From a virus: 31,874 bases of DNA. The notes below the pieces were generated by a model. The model saw only the letters and a list, made by a program, of their open reading frames with translations, was not told where the DNA came from and searched no databases. The stretch is taken from the IMG/VR virus record IMGVR_UViG_3300045988_165319, positions 1 to 31,874 of that record. The stretch is one strand, 5' to 3'. The stretch's first letter is position 1, and each line of letters begins with the position of its first letter. Below, one piece after another: positions 7,206 to 15,698 of this stretch. A program made the translations under genes and the position numbers.

Positions 7206-7668
7206 AGTGCCCATAGCCGGGTATATCGTCAAGTTGGACGATGGGGCTGAGGTGTCTCTGACCGCTCCGCTTGATTGCCGATCTAATCGGTCAAGCCTAA
7301 ATAGCGTTTTACGTCGCTATCTCGCCAAGAACTATCCGGGGCTCCGCTCTTCGGCGACTGACTACCAGGTGGTTATCGATGTGGAGGCGACGGCTAAGAA
7401 GGTCGAGGAATTGGTAACCTATCGGCTACGTCGGCAGGGCTTTACGGTCAAGCGGGAGGCTAGTGTCGGCGGTGTGGTCTTGGACTATTACAAGCCCGCC
7501 GACAAGAATAAACCGACTGGACACCACCGTTTCGATCCGCTATATGCCACCTATCACACTGTTTGGGGTGTAGATGGAGTGGAGTGCGGTAGGGTCTGCT
7601 ACGACATGGACGGCGGTAAGCATGGCGAGGTATTCGTCGACCCTGTTTATTTAGAGGATATTTACTAA
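7156..7668 (+). CDS. Hypothetical protein; start uncertain (alternative starts at 7180 ATG or 7198 GTG)
   Basis: Long ORF that overlaps the previous gene by 50 nt if started at 7156. AGGAAG lies 9 nt before the GTG at 7198. Confidence 0.4.
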   Translation: MRITRALSMRKKSRVTKVPIAGYIVKLDDGAEVSLTAPLDCRSNRSSLNSVLRRYLAKNYPGLRSSATDYQVVIDVEATAKKVEELVTYRLRRQGFTVKREASVGGVVLDYYKPADKNKPTGHHRFDPLYATYHTVWGVDGVECGRVCYDMDGGKHGEVFVDPVYLEDIY

Positions 7669-7681
7669 GAAAGGAGAAGAC

Positions 7682-7876
7682 ATGAAAGATAAAGTGAAAG
7701 CCAAGTGTAAAGAGATAATGGCTAAATTAAAGAGCAATAAAGTCAATGGGGCGGTCAAGGTTGGGCTGGCTATCTATTTAGCGTTTTGTGTGTTAGTGCT
7801 GGTGCTCGGTTGCGTGATTTTAGCGCAATCTATCGGCTTTATGAAGGCTATCTTGATGCCGTGGCGTCGGCGGTAG
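7682..7876 (+). CDS. Small membrane protein (64 aa, one TM helix)
   Basis: SD AAAGGAGAAG 4 nt upstream. Hydrophobic segment VGLAIYLAFCVLVLVLGCVILA. Confidence 0.5.
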   Translation: MKDKVKAKCKEIMAKLKSNKVNGAVKVGLAIYLAFCVLVLVLGCVILAQSIGFMKAILMPWRRR

Positions 7877-7897
7877 TTTGAGGGAGAGGAGGTTATT

Positions 7898-8518
7898 ATG
7901 CAGACACCTGAAGGAAGAGCTAAAGCGCTCAAAACGATGAGGGAGCGTTACGGCGATGATTACTTTAAGCGAGTAGGTCGGCTCGGCGGTTCGAGCTATC
8001 ACTCCAAGCCCCGTGGCTTCGCTTCCGACCCTGAGCAGGCTCGGATAGCGGGGCGCAAGGGCGGAGCTAAGTCACGTCGTCAACGTGATAGTGCATATAT
8101 CCTGCCAGGCTCGTTAGACAGCGAGACAGTGCGACGGATCATGTGGCAGGCGATTAGTCAAAATCGGTCGCTTTATAAGTCGATTAAGTCCATTAACGCT
8201 GACATGTTTAGCGCCTCAAAGAATGATATCGTTTGGGTGACTGAAGATGTGGTGCGTGAATACGTGGGGTGGACGGTTAGCCCAAATAGCATTATTAAAC
8301 AGGGCGTGCTTCGACATGGGGTGGATAAGCCTGTCGTCTACTGGTATCGGGTGATATGTGCCCACGACATCAAGAATAGTAATATCAATATCATCCTAAT
8401 ACTGAACATTGGCGACACTACTTATTCGCTTTATTGGGACGTTACCACCGAGCGCCCCGCCCGTCTGGGGCGAGCTAAAGACATTAAGTGCGCTGAGACT
8501 GAGTTATCCACACCTTGA
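7898..8518 (+). CDS. Protein with an N-terminal KGG-repeat (stress-protein-like) domain (206 aa)
   Basis: The N-terminus ERYGDDYFKRVGRLGG...GFASDPEQARIAGRKGGAKS is paralogous to the 77-aa protein at 22911-23144. SD GGAGAGGAGG. The last codons ELSTP lie inside the repeated promoter module. Confidence 0.55.
   Translation: MQTPEGRAKALKTMRERYGDDYFKRVGRLGGSSYHSKPRGFASDPEQARIAGRKGGAKSRRQRDSAYILPGSLDSETVRRIMWQAISQNRSLYKSIKSINADMFSASKNDIVWVTEDVVREYVGWTVSPNSIIKQGVLRHGVDKPVVYWYRVICAHDIKNSNINIILILNIGDTTYSLYWDVTTERPARLGRAKDIKCAETELSTP
8504..8512 (+). promoter_or_regulatory. DnaA-box-like TTATCCACA upstream of P3
   Basis: Exact 9-mer read directly. Confidence 0.45.
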
Positions 8519-8543
8519 TGTAAATGTGGCTATGCTATAGGGC

Positions 8544-8572
8544 TTGCGTCTTGGGGTGGGGTGAGATATAGT
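8544..8572 (+). promoter_or_regulatory. Early promoter P3 (TTGCGT-N17-TATAGT) with the conserved leader
   Basis: The segment 8500-8570 is about 90% identical to 10882-10952. Confidence 0.65.
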
Positions 8573-8598
8573 GTGTGTATCATCAAATGAAAGGAGGA

Positions 8599-8775
8599 AT
8601 GATGAGAAGCAGTAAACTCAACTTTCACCGAGTTGGGGGACGGGTGGTTATCGAGCGAGACGATGATTACTTTCTGAAGTCCGACATTGTCGGCTTAAAG
8701 ATTAGCCTGGGGCTGATAATTGCGCTGTTTGCGCCATTAGCTATCCATGCTGTCGGGGCGTTGTTCGTGGAGTAA
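8599..8775 (+). CDS. Small membrane protein (~58 aa)
   Basis: ATGATG start after AAAGGAGG. Hydrophobic C-terminal helix GLIIALFAPLAIHAVGALFV. Confidence 0.5.
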   Translation: MMRSSKLNFHRVGGRVVIERDDDYFLKSDIVGLKISLGLIIALFAPLAIHAVGALFVE

Positions 8776-9065
8776 TGTGTATGTGTAGCGGTTTACTTAA
8801 AGAGGAGGGCTTACGAGTAAAAGCAACAAGAAGGTTAGCCAAGCTACCCAAGCCAAGTTGGCTGTCACAGGTAGCCGGCTATCTCGGTTCAAGATTTACT
8901 TTGAAGCAACATAGAGGGAAGTCTCGTCGGACAAAGCGGGAGATTGAGCGTCGGCACAAAGTCTTTGACGATACTCGCCCTCATGACGATATGGACGATT
9001 TAATCAGGGCGTTGGAGTTTGAGAACTTTATGCGTGATGATTATGTCAAAGAAGGTAGTCGGTGA
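8775..9065 (+). CDS. Hypothetical basic protein (96 aa)
   Basis: ORF with start/stop overlap (TAATG) to its neighbours, typical of translational coupling. Confidence 0.45.
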   Translation: MCMCSGLLKEEGLRVKATRRLAKLPKPSWLSQVAGYLGSRFTLKQHRGKSRRTKREIERRHKVFDDTRPHDDMDDLIRALEFENFMRDDYVKEGSR

Positions 9066-9358
9066 TTGGTAAGCTCGAGCCTGTCGTTCATCTTGAAGAT
9101 GGGAAGGAGGTAGTGGCTTGGCGCTGGCGGAAGAAGTACTTCAGCAAGCGGTCGCCCGGTTCACCTTACCGACATGGCGGGAGCTGGTTTACTCTGTCGA
9201 GCGACTCGGGTGGCTCGTGGATGGCTTGGCAGGATGTGCCTAGTCGGAGCGAAGACGGACAAATAATGTACTCGGAGGGGTCGCAACCCGTTACCACCGC
9301 CGAATACGAGAAGTTAGATAAAATGCTCGCCGAACGTATGGGCGGAGCAGGGAGGTAA
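9062..9358 (+). CDS. Hypothetical protein (98 aa)
   Basis: Overlapping start (GTGA), tightly packed. Confidence 0.45.
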   Translation: MIGKLEPVVHLEDGKEVVAWRWRKKYFSKRSPGSPYRHGGSWFTLSSDSGGSWMAWQDVPSRSEDGQIMYSEGSQPVTTAEYEKLDKMLAERMGGAGR

Positions 9359-9363
9359 ATAGT

Positions 9364-9708
9364 ATGAAAATGACAATGACAATCGATGGCAATAAGGGGC
9401 TATCGAGCCTGGCTGACATGATTAGTGATACGGCGAGGCTTGGGATAGCTGTCGTCACTATAAACGCCATGGCAGAGGCTAGTTGCGATAACTATTCTGA
9501 CCAGAGCGCCACATTTCACGAGGGGATGCTGGCGGTAGCCACCGAGATGGTTATTTATGGCGGGTTAGTCTATGACGCCCTTATTCACGCTGAGATGAAG
9601 GCTGTCGCCGATAACTTTCTGAAGGAGCTGAACGACCTGCGTAAAACCCAAGCTAAATATAGTGAGATGCATAAAAAGGCTCTCCGAGAAGCAAAGGAGG
9701 AGCAGTAG
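9364..9708 (+). CDS. Hypothetical protein (114 aa)
   Basis: SD GGAGCAGGGAGG upstream. Confidence 0.5.
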   Translation: MKMTMTIDGNKGLSSLADMISDTARLGIAVVTINAMAEASCDNYSDQSATFHEGMLAVATEMVIYGGLVYDALIHAEMKAVADNFLKELNDLRKTQAKYSEMHKKALREAKEEQ

Positions 9709-9710
9709 TC

Positions 9711-10091
9711 ATGGAAGCTGATTTGAAGGTAGCGATGTTTGACGAGTCGGTGACTAGTAAGATTAGAGAGCTGGCGTCGAGTGCGCTTAAAACATGGCTA
9801 AAGAAAGTTGGCGATGACAAGTCGGACAATCAATGGTATATCGAGAAGTGCCTGCGCCAAGTCATGGCTCACTCGGACTGGGTTGGGATAAATACAGCCG
9901 ACACTTTTCACGATTTTAAGAAGTGTAATATCGATTATGTTGATATTGCCGACAATGTAGCCGGGGTCGAGTCGGCGAATACGCCCTACTATCTCGTTAT
10001 CTTCAATATCGACGACAGTCGCTACGTTGCTCGCTTCAGCTTAGCGGGTGGGGTGATGGTCGACGAGCGGATGGACTTAGGAGACGACTAG
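9711..10091 (+). CDS. Hypothetical protein (126 aa)
   Basis: SD AAGGAGGAG upstream. Confidence 0.5.
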   Translation: MEADLKVAMFDESVTSKIRELASSALKTWLKKVGDDKSDNQWYIEKCLRQVMAHSDWVGINTADTFHDFKKCNIDYVDIADNVAGVESANTPYYLVIFNIDDSRYVARFSLAGGVMVDERMDLGDD

Positions 10092-10474
10092 TGGCGTCGG
10101 TACGCTCCTCCAATATCAAGTTTGCCTCGGATAGGCTGGCTAACGATGAGATGAGTATCATTGTACGGCGTCGGATAGCTCAATGCATGGACGCTGTCGA
10201 TAACTGGTGGTCAATCAACTATAAACGCCTAAAACGTAACGAGTTTTACGAGACTACCGAGACATTGCAGGAGCTGGTCAAGTCACATCGCCCTATCGGT
10301 CTGGTTGGCGAGATGATTTACAAGGCTAGGTCTGATGTTGAGTATATGGGCGTAATCAGCACAGCCTGGCTAGTTGAGGGGTATGTGTCCCATTCGGGAC
10401 ATTCCCTCTCCAGGTTGCAATGGATTGTGGTTGATGTTGGTAAGTATCGCTACTACTGCTCGCACTACTTCTAG
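10091..10474 (+). CDS. Hypothetical protein (127 aa)
   Basis: GTG/ATG overlap start. The gene fills the gap. Confidence 0.45.
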   Translation: MASVRSSNIKFASDRLANDEMSIIVRRRIAQCMDAVDNWWSINYKRLKRNEFYETTETLQELVKSHRPIGLVGEMIYKARSDVEYMGVISTAWLVEGYVSHSGHSLSRLQWIVVDVGKYRYYCSHYF

Positions 10475-10489
10475 TAGTATCATGGTGAT

Positions 10490-10900
10490 ATGAATGATGA
10501 CGATTTTGCTAAGCCGACAGACGGCATCCTGGGTGACGGGGTGCTGTCTTTTCGGTTAGCCCAGCTTTATGTTGGTGAGCCTAGGTATCACTGGGTCTAT
10601 CGCAACTATCTGGATCGCTTTACCCTATATCCTGTCGCTAGTGACAAATATCGAGGGCTACTGATTGTGCAGGTGGGCTTTGGGCGGGTGAGGCTACGGA
10701 CTCGAACGGGGGCGTGGGCTACCGAGCGATTGCGCCATATATCGATAGCTTGCGCTAAGCTACATAGTCACTTCAATTACGCTGTAGCTATCGTTACTAC
10801 TGCCGAAGACGCCAAGGCTATCTATCAATCATATGTTGACGGGACGAGCTATATCGATAACTTGACGGCTAATGCCTGCGGTGAGTTATCCACAGCTTGA
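10490..10900 (+). CDS. Hypothetical protein (136 aa)
   Basis: The ORF ends with ELSTA inside the repeated promoter module, paralleling the ELSTP ending of 7898-8518. Confidence 0.5.
   Translation: MNDDDFAKPTDGILGDGVLSFRLAQLYVGEPRYHWVYRNYLDRFTLYPVASDKYRGLLIVQVGFGRVRLRTRTGAWATERLRHISIACAKLHSHFNYAVAIVTTAEDAKAIYQSYVDGTSYIDNLTANACGELSTA
10886..10894 (+). promoter_or_regulatory. DnaA-box-like TTATCCACA upstream of P4
   Basis: Exact 9-mer read directly. Confidence 0.45.
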
Positions 10901-10925
10901 TGTAAATGTGGCTATGCTATAGGGC

Positions 10926-10954
10926 TTGCGTCTTAAGGTGGGGTGAGGTATGAT
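10926..10954 (+). promoter_or_regulatory. Early promoter P4 (TTGCGT-N17-TATGAT) with the conserved leader
   Basis: Same module as P3. Leader is TATCGTCAATGAAAGGAGGAATGATGAG. Confidence 0.65.
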
Positions 10955-10979
10955 ACTTGTATCGTCAATGAAAGGAGGA

Positions 10980-11330
10980 ATGATGAGTGAAAATAAGGAC
11001 AGTGGCGACATGGAGCAACTGCTCATAGCGATGAGTGCTACGTGCACGTTGCTGGAATGTGCAATAGCTGATCATAGCAACAATCATAGCCTGGTAGGGA
11101 TGTGCGCCATAGCTAACGAGCTTCAATGTCACGCCCGTGCTGTCTATAAGGCACTTACTATGGACAAAGTGGGCAAGTCGAACAGTGGGAGATTTAGCCT
11201 CGAGGAGAGTATTGACGAGCTGGAGGAGTTGATAACCGAGGCTGAGGCGTCAATGCTTATGAATAAGCTCGTGGATGGATGTAGGGCGATGTCCGGCGCC
11301 GGTGAGTCGAAGGACGATGATGGCGAGTAA
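10980..11330 (+). CDS. Hypothetical acidic protein (~116 aa)
   Basis: ATGATG start after AAAGGAGG. The C-terminus is Asp/Glu-rich. Confidence 0.5.
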   Translation: MMSENKDSGDMEQLLIAMSATCTLLECAIADHSNNHSLVGMCAIANELQCHARAVYKALTMDKVGKSNSGRFSLEESIDELEELITEAEASMLMNKLVDGCRAMSGAGESKDDDGE

Positions 11331-11886
11331 AAGCCAATCGCCACACGACACGATAGTTGGGCTTTGGCGGTGGCTGAGAAGCGGTTATATCAAGGGTAAA
11401 CTGGAGGGCAAGACAGTCCTCGATTCATGCTGTGGCGGGAGGATGTTTTACTTCGACAAGCATCATCCGCTCGTCATATATGGCGATGTACGTCAAGAGT
11501 CCGTCTCTATGACTGATCGGGGCAAGTTTAGGTCTCTGGACATTACTCCGGATGTAATACTGGACTTTACCTGTATGCCGTTTTTAGACGATAGCTTCAA
11601 CTTTGTGGTTTTTGACCCGCCTCATCTCGTGAATTGCGGTGAGAAAAGTTGGCTGGCGAAGAAGTACGGCAAGCTCGACAAGGACAGTTGGCAAGATACA
11701 TTGAGTAAAGGCTTGAGCGAATGTATGCGTGTGGTTAAGCCCGGTTGCGTCGTGGCTATGAAGTGGAGCGAGGGCGACATATCGACGGCTAAACTTCTAA
11801 GGGTATTGCCCTATAGCCCAGCCTTCGGCGATAAGCAAGGCAAGAAGCGATGGTTATTTTTTATTAAAGGGATGAAAGGAGAGTAG
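11317..11886 (+). CDS. Putative SAM-dependent DNA methyltransferase (small, motif I then DPPH motif IV)
   Basis: VLDSCCGGRMFYFD is an FxGxG-like motif I. FNFVVFDPPHL is a (D/N)PP(Y/F/W/H) motif IV. Likely start is MMASKS at 11317 (the track start at 11275 overlaps the previous gene). Confidence 0.5.
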   Translation: MMASKSQSPHDTIVGLWRWLRSGYIKGKLEGKTVLDSCCGGRMFYFDKHHPLVIYGDVRQESVSMTDRGKFRSLDITPDVILDFTCMPFLDDSFNFVVFDPPHLVNCGEKSWLAKKYGKLDKDSWQDTLSKGLSECMRVVKPGCVVAMKWSEGDISTAKLLRVLPYSPAFGDKQGKKRWLFFIKGMKGE

Positions 11887-11887
11887 A

Positions 11888-12490
11888 GTGATCATTTATA
11901 AACTAAAGGAAGATTGGTCGTCCTTTAAGGCTGGCGAGAAGTTCACTGCAAGTAGTTATGGTAATTTGTATCAGCTCGTCAACGATGACGGTGAGCTAGC
12001 TGACGGTAAGCTAGTGCTTGCTAAAATACAGCCAGACCTATTAGATAAGGTTGGTGATGGCGATTATTGGAAGCCAAAAGCACACGAGCACTACTATTTT
12101 ATAGATGATGCAGGGGACGTTGACGTGGACACATTTTGTCTTACTACGAATTACGACAACAACAGATTTGCGCTCGGTAATTGCTTTAAGACCAAGGAAG
12201 ATGCACAAGCTATGGTTGCTTGGCTCAAAGCTCGACAGAGGTTGATTGAAAGTGGAGCTATATTCATGAATGCGTCTGATGCAGACAAAGGTAGCGCCTA
12301 TTATAACGTTACTTTTGACAAAGATAGTTGCGAATTGATGGCGCGTCAGGTTTATAGCCTTGATAACTATGTCGCTGACAGAGCGTTATATTTTGACGAC
12401 TGTGAGTCCGCTAAGATAAGCATCAAAGAACATAAAGACGACTGGCTGATATATCTCGGCGTGAAGGAGAAGAGTGGTGGTAATTCATGA
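11888..12490 (+). CDS. Hypothetical protein (200 aa)
   Basis: SD AAAGGAGAG upstream. No domain recognised. Confidence 0.5.
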   Translation: MIIYKLKEDWSSFKAGEKFTASSYGNLYQLVNDDGELADGKLVLAKIQPDLLDKVGDGDYWKPKAHEHYYFIDDAGDVDVDTFCLTTNYDNNRFALGNCFKTKEDAQAMVAWLKARQRLIESGAIFMNASDADKGSAYYNVTFDKDSCELMARQVYSLDNYVADRALYFDDCESAKISIKEHKDDWLIYLGVKEKSGGNS

Positions 12491-12848
12491 CCTTGGTGCC
12501 GAAGCTACGGATATTGAACACTTGCGGACGGCGTGGCTCATCCGGACAGACATAGACGTTGTTAAGTATTCTGACGTCTCAGTTATTCGCTACATCGATG
12601 ATAGTAGCGACCATCGATATGGCACGTTTGTCTACCAGTTAGGAGGCGGGGCTTGGCGTATCGCTCGGATTGAGCGTGGATCGAGCAACAAAAAACTTGT
12701 TGTCACTCAAAAGAGCGATAAGGTCTATGCCCTACACGAAGTAATTCCCGCCTTAGCTAAAGGTGGCTATCACGGGGCTAAACAGATAGCTAGTTACATG
12801 ATGAAGCATTTCGGTTTAGACGAGGCGACAAGAGATGACCAAGACTAA
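12474..12848 (+). CDS. Hypothetical protein (124 aa)
   Basis: Overlapping, coupled ORF. Confidence 0.45.
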   Translation: MVVIHDLGAEATDIEHLRTAWLIRTDIDVVKYSDVSVIRYIDDSSDHRYGTFVYQLGGGAWRIARIERGSSNKKLVVTQKSDKVYALHEVIPALAKGGYHGAKQIASYMMKHFGLDEATRDDQD

Positions 12849-13038
12849 AAGACACTTTAACTTTGTTGATTTTATGGGCAGTGCCTGCGTCGTGGTGCTG
12901 GCGTTAGCATTCATCTATATGATATGCGCCTACGCCTTCTTCATAACCGACGACGCGTTAAGAGAGAGGCAAAAGAAGATAGACGGCTGTTGCGCTCAGT
13001 GTAAAGATTTAAGCAAGAAGAAAGGAGAGAGAAAATGA
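12835..13038 (+). CDS. Small membrane protein (67 aa)
   Basis: TM helix ACVVVLALAFIYMICAYAFFI. Cys-rich basic tail. Confidence 0.4.
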   Translation: MTKTKRHFNFVDFMGSACVVVLALAFIYMICAYAFFITDDALRERQKKIDGCCAQCKDLSKKKGERK

Positions 13039-13307
13039 TAAAAGGTGGCGACGGAGCACGATTTGGCTTAGCGTGTGTGATAGGGCTGTTGCTCGAGATT
13101 GTTCGAATAGTAGCAATAGCGGGGCTGGTGATCGTGGCGATATGTTTTGCCCGTGACACTATTCATAGTGCCACCCTGCCCGACGAAGACCAGGCTCAGT
13201 GTGAGAGCTTGGGTGGTCGATGGTCGGTCAATCACCAGTGTTATAACGCTGGTGAGCCGACGACTATTAAGAAGCTAAAAGAGAGCTTGAGGAATACGGC
13301 ACGATGA
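13035..13307 (+). CDS. Small membrane protein (90 aa)
   Basis: SD AAAGGAGAGAGAAAATG. TM helix LACVIGLLLEIVRIVAIAGLVIVAICF. Confidence 0.45.
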   Translation: MIKGGDGARFGLACVIGLLLEIVRIVAIAGLVIVAICFARDTIHSATLPDEDQAQCESLGGRWSVNHQCYNAGEPTTIKKLKESLRNTAR

Positions 13308-13912
13308 GTGAGAATAAATACAAGACCATTTATACGGACATAATGCCCGCCTATCGTGAGTCTGAGGATTACTGTCGTATGACGCTGGATATGCTTAAGC
13401 ACGCCATCGCCGGCATGGATACGGACGCAATGAGGGATGCTTACGATAAGCTAACCAAGTGCTTCGACGACCTAACTAAAACCGTGCAAGAGATATCGAT
13501 GCGGTTTAGAGAGGTGTCGGAACTTTTAGACGACTGTCTTGACGATAGTCGCCAGCCAGAAATAGACGAGGAACAGTACTCCGTGTATTGTGTCGGTGGT
13601 GGGCTATTATTAGACCCGCTAGAGGTTAGACACTGGGTATCCGAAGCGTTGCCTCACGCCTCTGTGCGCAGGGCGTGGTATCACGTCCCTTATAACCTAA
13701 CGCTCAAACGAGGGGTACTGGTATGCGAGCTCAATGGCGAGCATGGTTCGACATATCGGATGGCGTTACTTAGGTGTTATCCGATGCTCGACTTTGACGA
13801 TGGCGAGTATTCACTCAATAGTGTAATAAGACGCCTTTCGCCACACGACAGGGGGTACGGAGCTAATATGATTAGTAGACGTTTAAGAAAGGAGAAGAAG
13901 AATGAAGGATAA
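13304..13912 (+). CDS. Hypothetical protein (202 aa); N-terminus paralogous to the next gene
   Basis: EDYCRMTLDMLKHAIAG...LTKCFDDLTKTVQEI resembles DDCHLTIKVLKQHVAK...VGERFDELNDTVEAI in 13902-14489. Confidence 0.5.
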   Translation: MSENKYKTIYTDIMPAYRESEDYCRMTLDMLKHAIAGMDTDAMRDAYDKLTKCFDDLTKTVQEISMRFREVSELLDDCLDDSRQPEIDEEQYSVYCVGGGLLLDPLEVRHWVSEALPHASVRRAWYHVPYNLTLKRGVLVCELNGEHGSTYRMALLRCYPMLDFDDGEYSLNSVIRRLSPHDRGYGANMISRRLRKEKKNEG

Positions 13913-14489
13913 TCGGACTAAGAAGCTGGATAGACTTGTTGGGCAATATCGCATTAGCAGAGATGATTGTCACTTGACTATTAAAGTATTAAAGCAACAT
14001 GTCGCTAAATACAATGACGCTGACCTGGCTAATGGGGTTGAGCTTGTCGGCGAGCGGTTCGACGAGCTTAACGATACAGTAGAAGCCATTGTGGCGACTG
14101 CCCAAGAAGCGTGTAAGCCGACAGGAAGCGACGCCAATAGCCCAAAATGGACTCCCCTGCAGGATAATCTACGCAAGTATGAGCAGGACGAGATTATGGA
14201 TACCCTCTTTGAAGATATCGACGTTGACGAGATTATCTACTATGTAGAGTATAGCTTCCGCCCCGCTGATTGTCTGATAGTCTGCCGAGACAAAGCCGGT
14301 GACTGGTATTGTCGAAGCATTAAATTAGAGGATGGCTACGGTTTAGATTGCATGTACGACGATTGTGGCTTAACTAAGTTTAGTGCGGTAGGGATATATG
14401 GCTTGATGAAGTTGCATGACTGGGTTAGCAATTCGATGATGGCTACTCATTTGAAAACGGAAGGGTATCTGGCTGAGTATCTGAAATGA
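13902..14489 (+). CDS. Hypothetical protein (195 aa); paralog of 13304-13912 in its N-terminal part
   Basis: SD AAAGGAGAAGAAGAATG. Shared N-terminal pattern with the preceding gene. Confidence 0.5.
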   Translation: MKDNRTKKLDRLVGQYRISRDDCHLTIKVLKQHVAKYNDADLANGVELVGERFDELNDTVEAIVATAQEACKPTGSDANSPKWTPLQDNLRKYEQDEIMDTLFEDIDVDEIIYYVEYSFRPADCLIVCRDKAGDWYCRSIKLEDGYGLDCMYDDCGLTKFSAVGIYGLMKLHDWVSNSMMATHLKTEGYLAEYLK

Positions 14490-14908
14490 CCGAGGCTGAT
14501 TTACAAGTGCAAGTAGCTTATTACCTCAGGTTGCAATACCCTGACGTCATTTTTCACTCCGACTATGGCTCGGGGGTGAGACTAACCAGGTATCAAGCTA
14601 ATGTGCAACGTAAACAGAATGGTGGACGTCGAGCCTACCCTGATATGTTTATTGCCAAGATGATGAACGGCAAGGGTGGGCTATTTATTGAATTGAAAAA
14701 GGAGGGCACTAAATTAAAGAAGAAGGACGGCACTTGGCTCACCTCTCATCTGGCCGAGCAGGCGGAGATGTTGGAGAAGCTTAAAATGGAAGGGTACGAG
14801 GCTTATTTTGGGGTAGGTTTTGATAATACTAAGGCAATAATTGATAGCTACCTAGGAGGGACTAATGAACAAGAAGATACCGATGATGACCCGACAAGCG
14901 TTTTCTAA
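14486..14908 (+). CDS. VRR-NUC domain nuclease (PD-(D/E)xK superfamily)
   Basis: YPDMFIA ... GGLFIELKKEG gives the D...E-x-K catalytic pattern in the VRR-NUC arrangement. A helical tail follows. Confidence 0.55.
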   Translation: MTEADLQVQVAYYLRLQYPDVIFHSDYGSGVRLTRYQANVQRKQNGGRRAYPDMFIAKMMNGKGGLFIELKKEGTKLKKKDGTWLTSHLAEQAEMLEKLKMEGYEAYFGVGFDNTKAIIDSYLGGTNEQEDTDDDPTSVF

Positions 14909-15251
14909 ACTGGTAAATATCATCATTGAACAGTCAAAACGGGACAGAGAGTTTACTCAGGCTCTCAATAAATACACCGCCCCGAAGGGCAAGACGGGTG
15001 ATTGTGAGTTCATGAGTGATTGGCTAAGTGAGGACATTCTGTCAATCATCGATGATATCTTCGGCTATCCCGCCAGCAACTATGTCGGCTGGTGGATATG
15101 GGACTGTCCTAGTGCGGGCGAAGCGTCCTACGATGATTGCACGGTGACCGCCGACGGCAAGAAGTGGTGTATTAAGACGACTAATGATTTATACGACTTT
15201 TTAGCTGATGAAGTTATGCCCGGCAATATCGGCGAGTCTGACGTGATATAG
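14865..15251 (+). CDS. Hypothetical protein (128 aa), last gene of the early block
   Basis: SD AGGAGGG 5 nt upstream. Followed by a terminator hairpin. Confidence 0.5.
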   Translation: MNKKIPMMTRQAFSKLVNIIIEQSKRDREFTQALNKYTAPKGKTGDCEFMSDWLSEDILSIIDDIFGYPASNYVGWWIWDCPSAGEASYDDCTVTADGKKWCIKTTNDLYDFLADEVMPGNIGESDVI

Positions 15252-15280
15252 TCCGAGATATTTTATCGCTTTATTGTTAA

Positions 15281-15310
15281 AGATGAGTATATACTCATCT
15301 TTTTATTTAT
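15281..15310. terminator. Bidirectional intrinsic terminator between the convergent early and late blocks
   Basis: 20-nt perfect palindrome AGATGAGTATATACTCATCT followed by TTTTTATTTAT on the plus strand and TTTAACAATAAAG on the minus strand. Confidence 0.7.
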
Positions 15311-15312
15311 CA

Positions 15313-15364
15313 CGTCACACAGAGGCTCTGGTGCGGTCTGAGGGGGTGTTTTGTGGGAGGGGTG
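15313..15364 (+). repeat. Conserved G-rich element, copy B, between the terminator and the HNH gene stop
   Basis: CACGTCACACAGAGGCTCTGGTGCGGTCTGAGGGGGTGTTTTGTGGGAGGGG. See copies A and C. Confidence 0.85.
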
Positions 15365-15365
15365 G

Positions 15366-15698
15366 TTACCAGGCGTTACTTAGCGGTATAGGGCAATCCG
15401 AGTTTAACTCCATGTGGTCGCTGTCCATTCGCTTGCCTTTGCGCCGATTACACCTAAAGCACAGCGTCTGTAGGTTCGATATTTCATACGGTGCACCACC
15501 TCTAGCTAGCGGTACGATGTGATCTATTTCGACGGCTTGGGCGGTACAGCGAGGGGCATTCTTGTCAAGCGGTTTACCGCATATGGCGCAATGAATATCG
15601 TCGCCCGCTAGGTCAAGCACCCTCTTGCGAGCCTTCTCCCACGCATCAGGGTTCCACATTGTACCATCGGGCAGGACGTGCCATCTATGTTTAGGCAT
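15366..15698 (-). CDS. HNH endonuclease
   Basis: CAICGKPL...EIDHIVPLARGG...NLQTLCFRCNRRKG is a classic HNH Cys-box/His-Asn-His pattern. It is the last gene of the late block. Confidence 0.8.
   Translation of the reverse strand: MPKHRWHVLPDGTMWNPDAWEKARKRVLDLAGDDIHCAICGKPLDKNAPRCTAQAVEIDHIVPLARGGAPYEISNLQTLCFRCNRRKGKRMDSDHMELNSDCPIPLSNAW

Noticed and set aside
4178-10985. MKGGMM N-termini called by the ORF track for four early genes
   Set aside because: The first ATG is part of the conserved leader (AAATGAAAGGAGG) and lies inside or upstream of the SD. The real starts are the tandem ATGATG immediately downstream.
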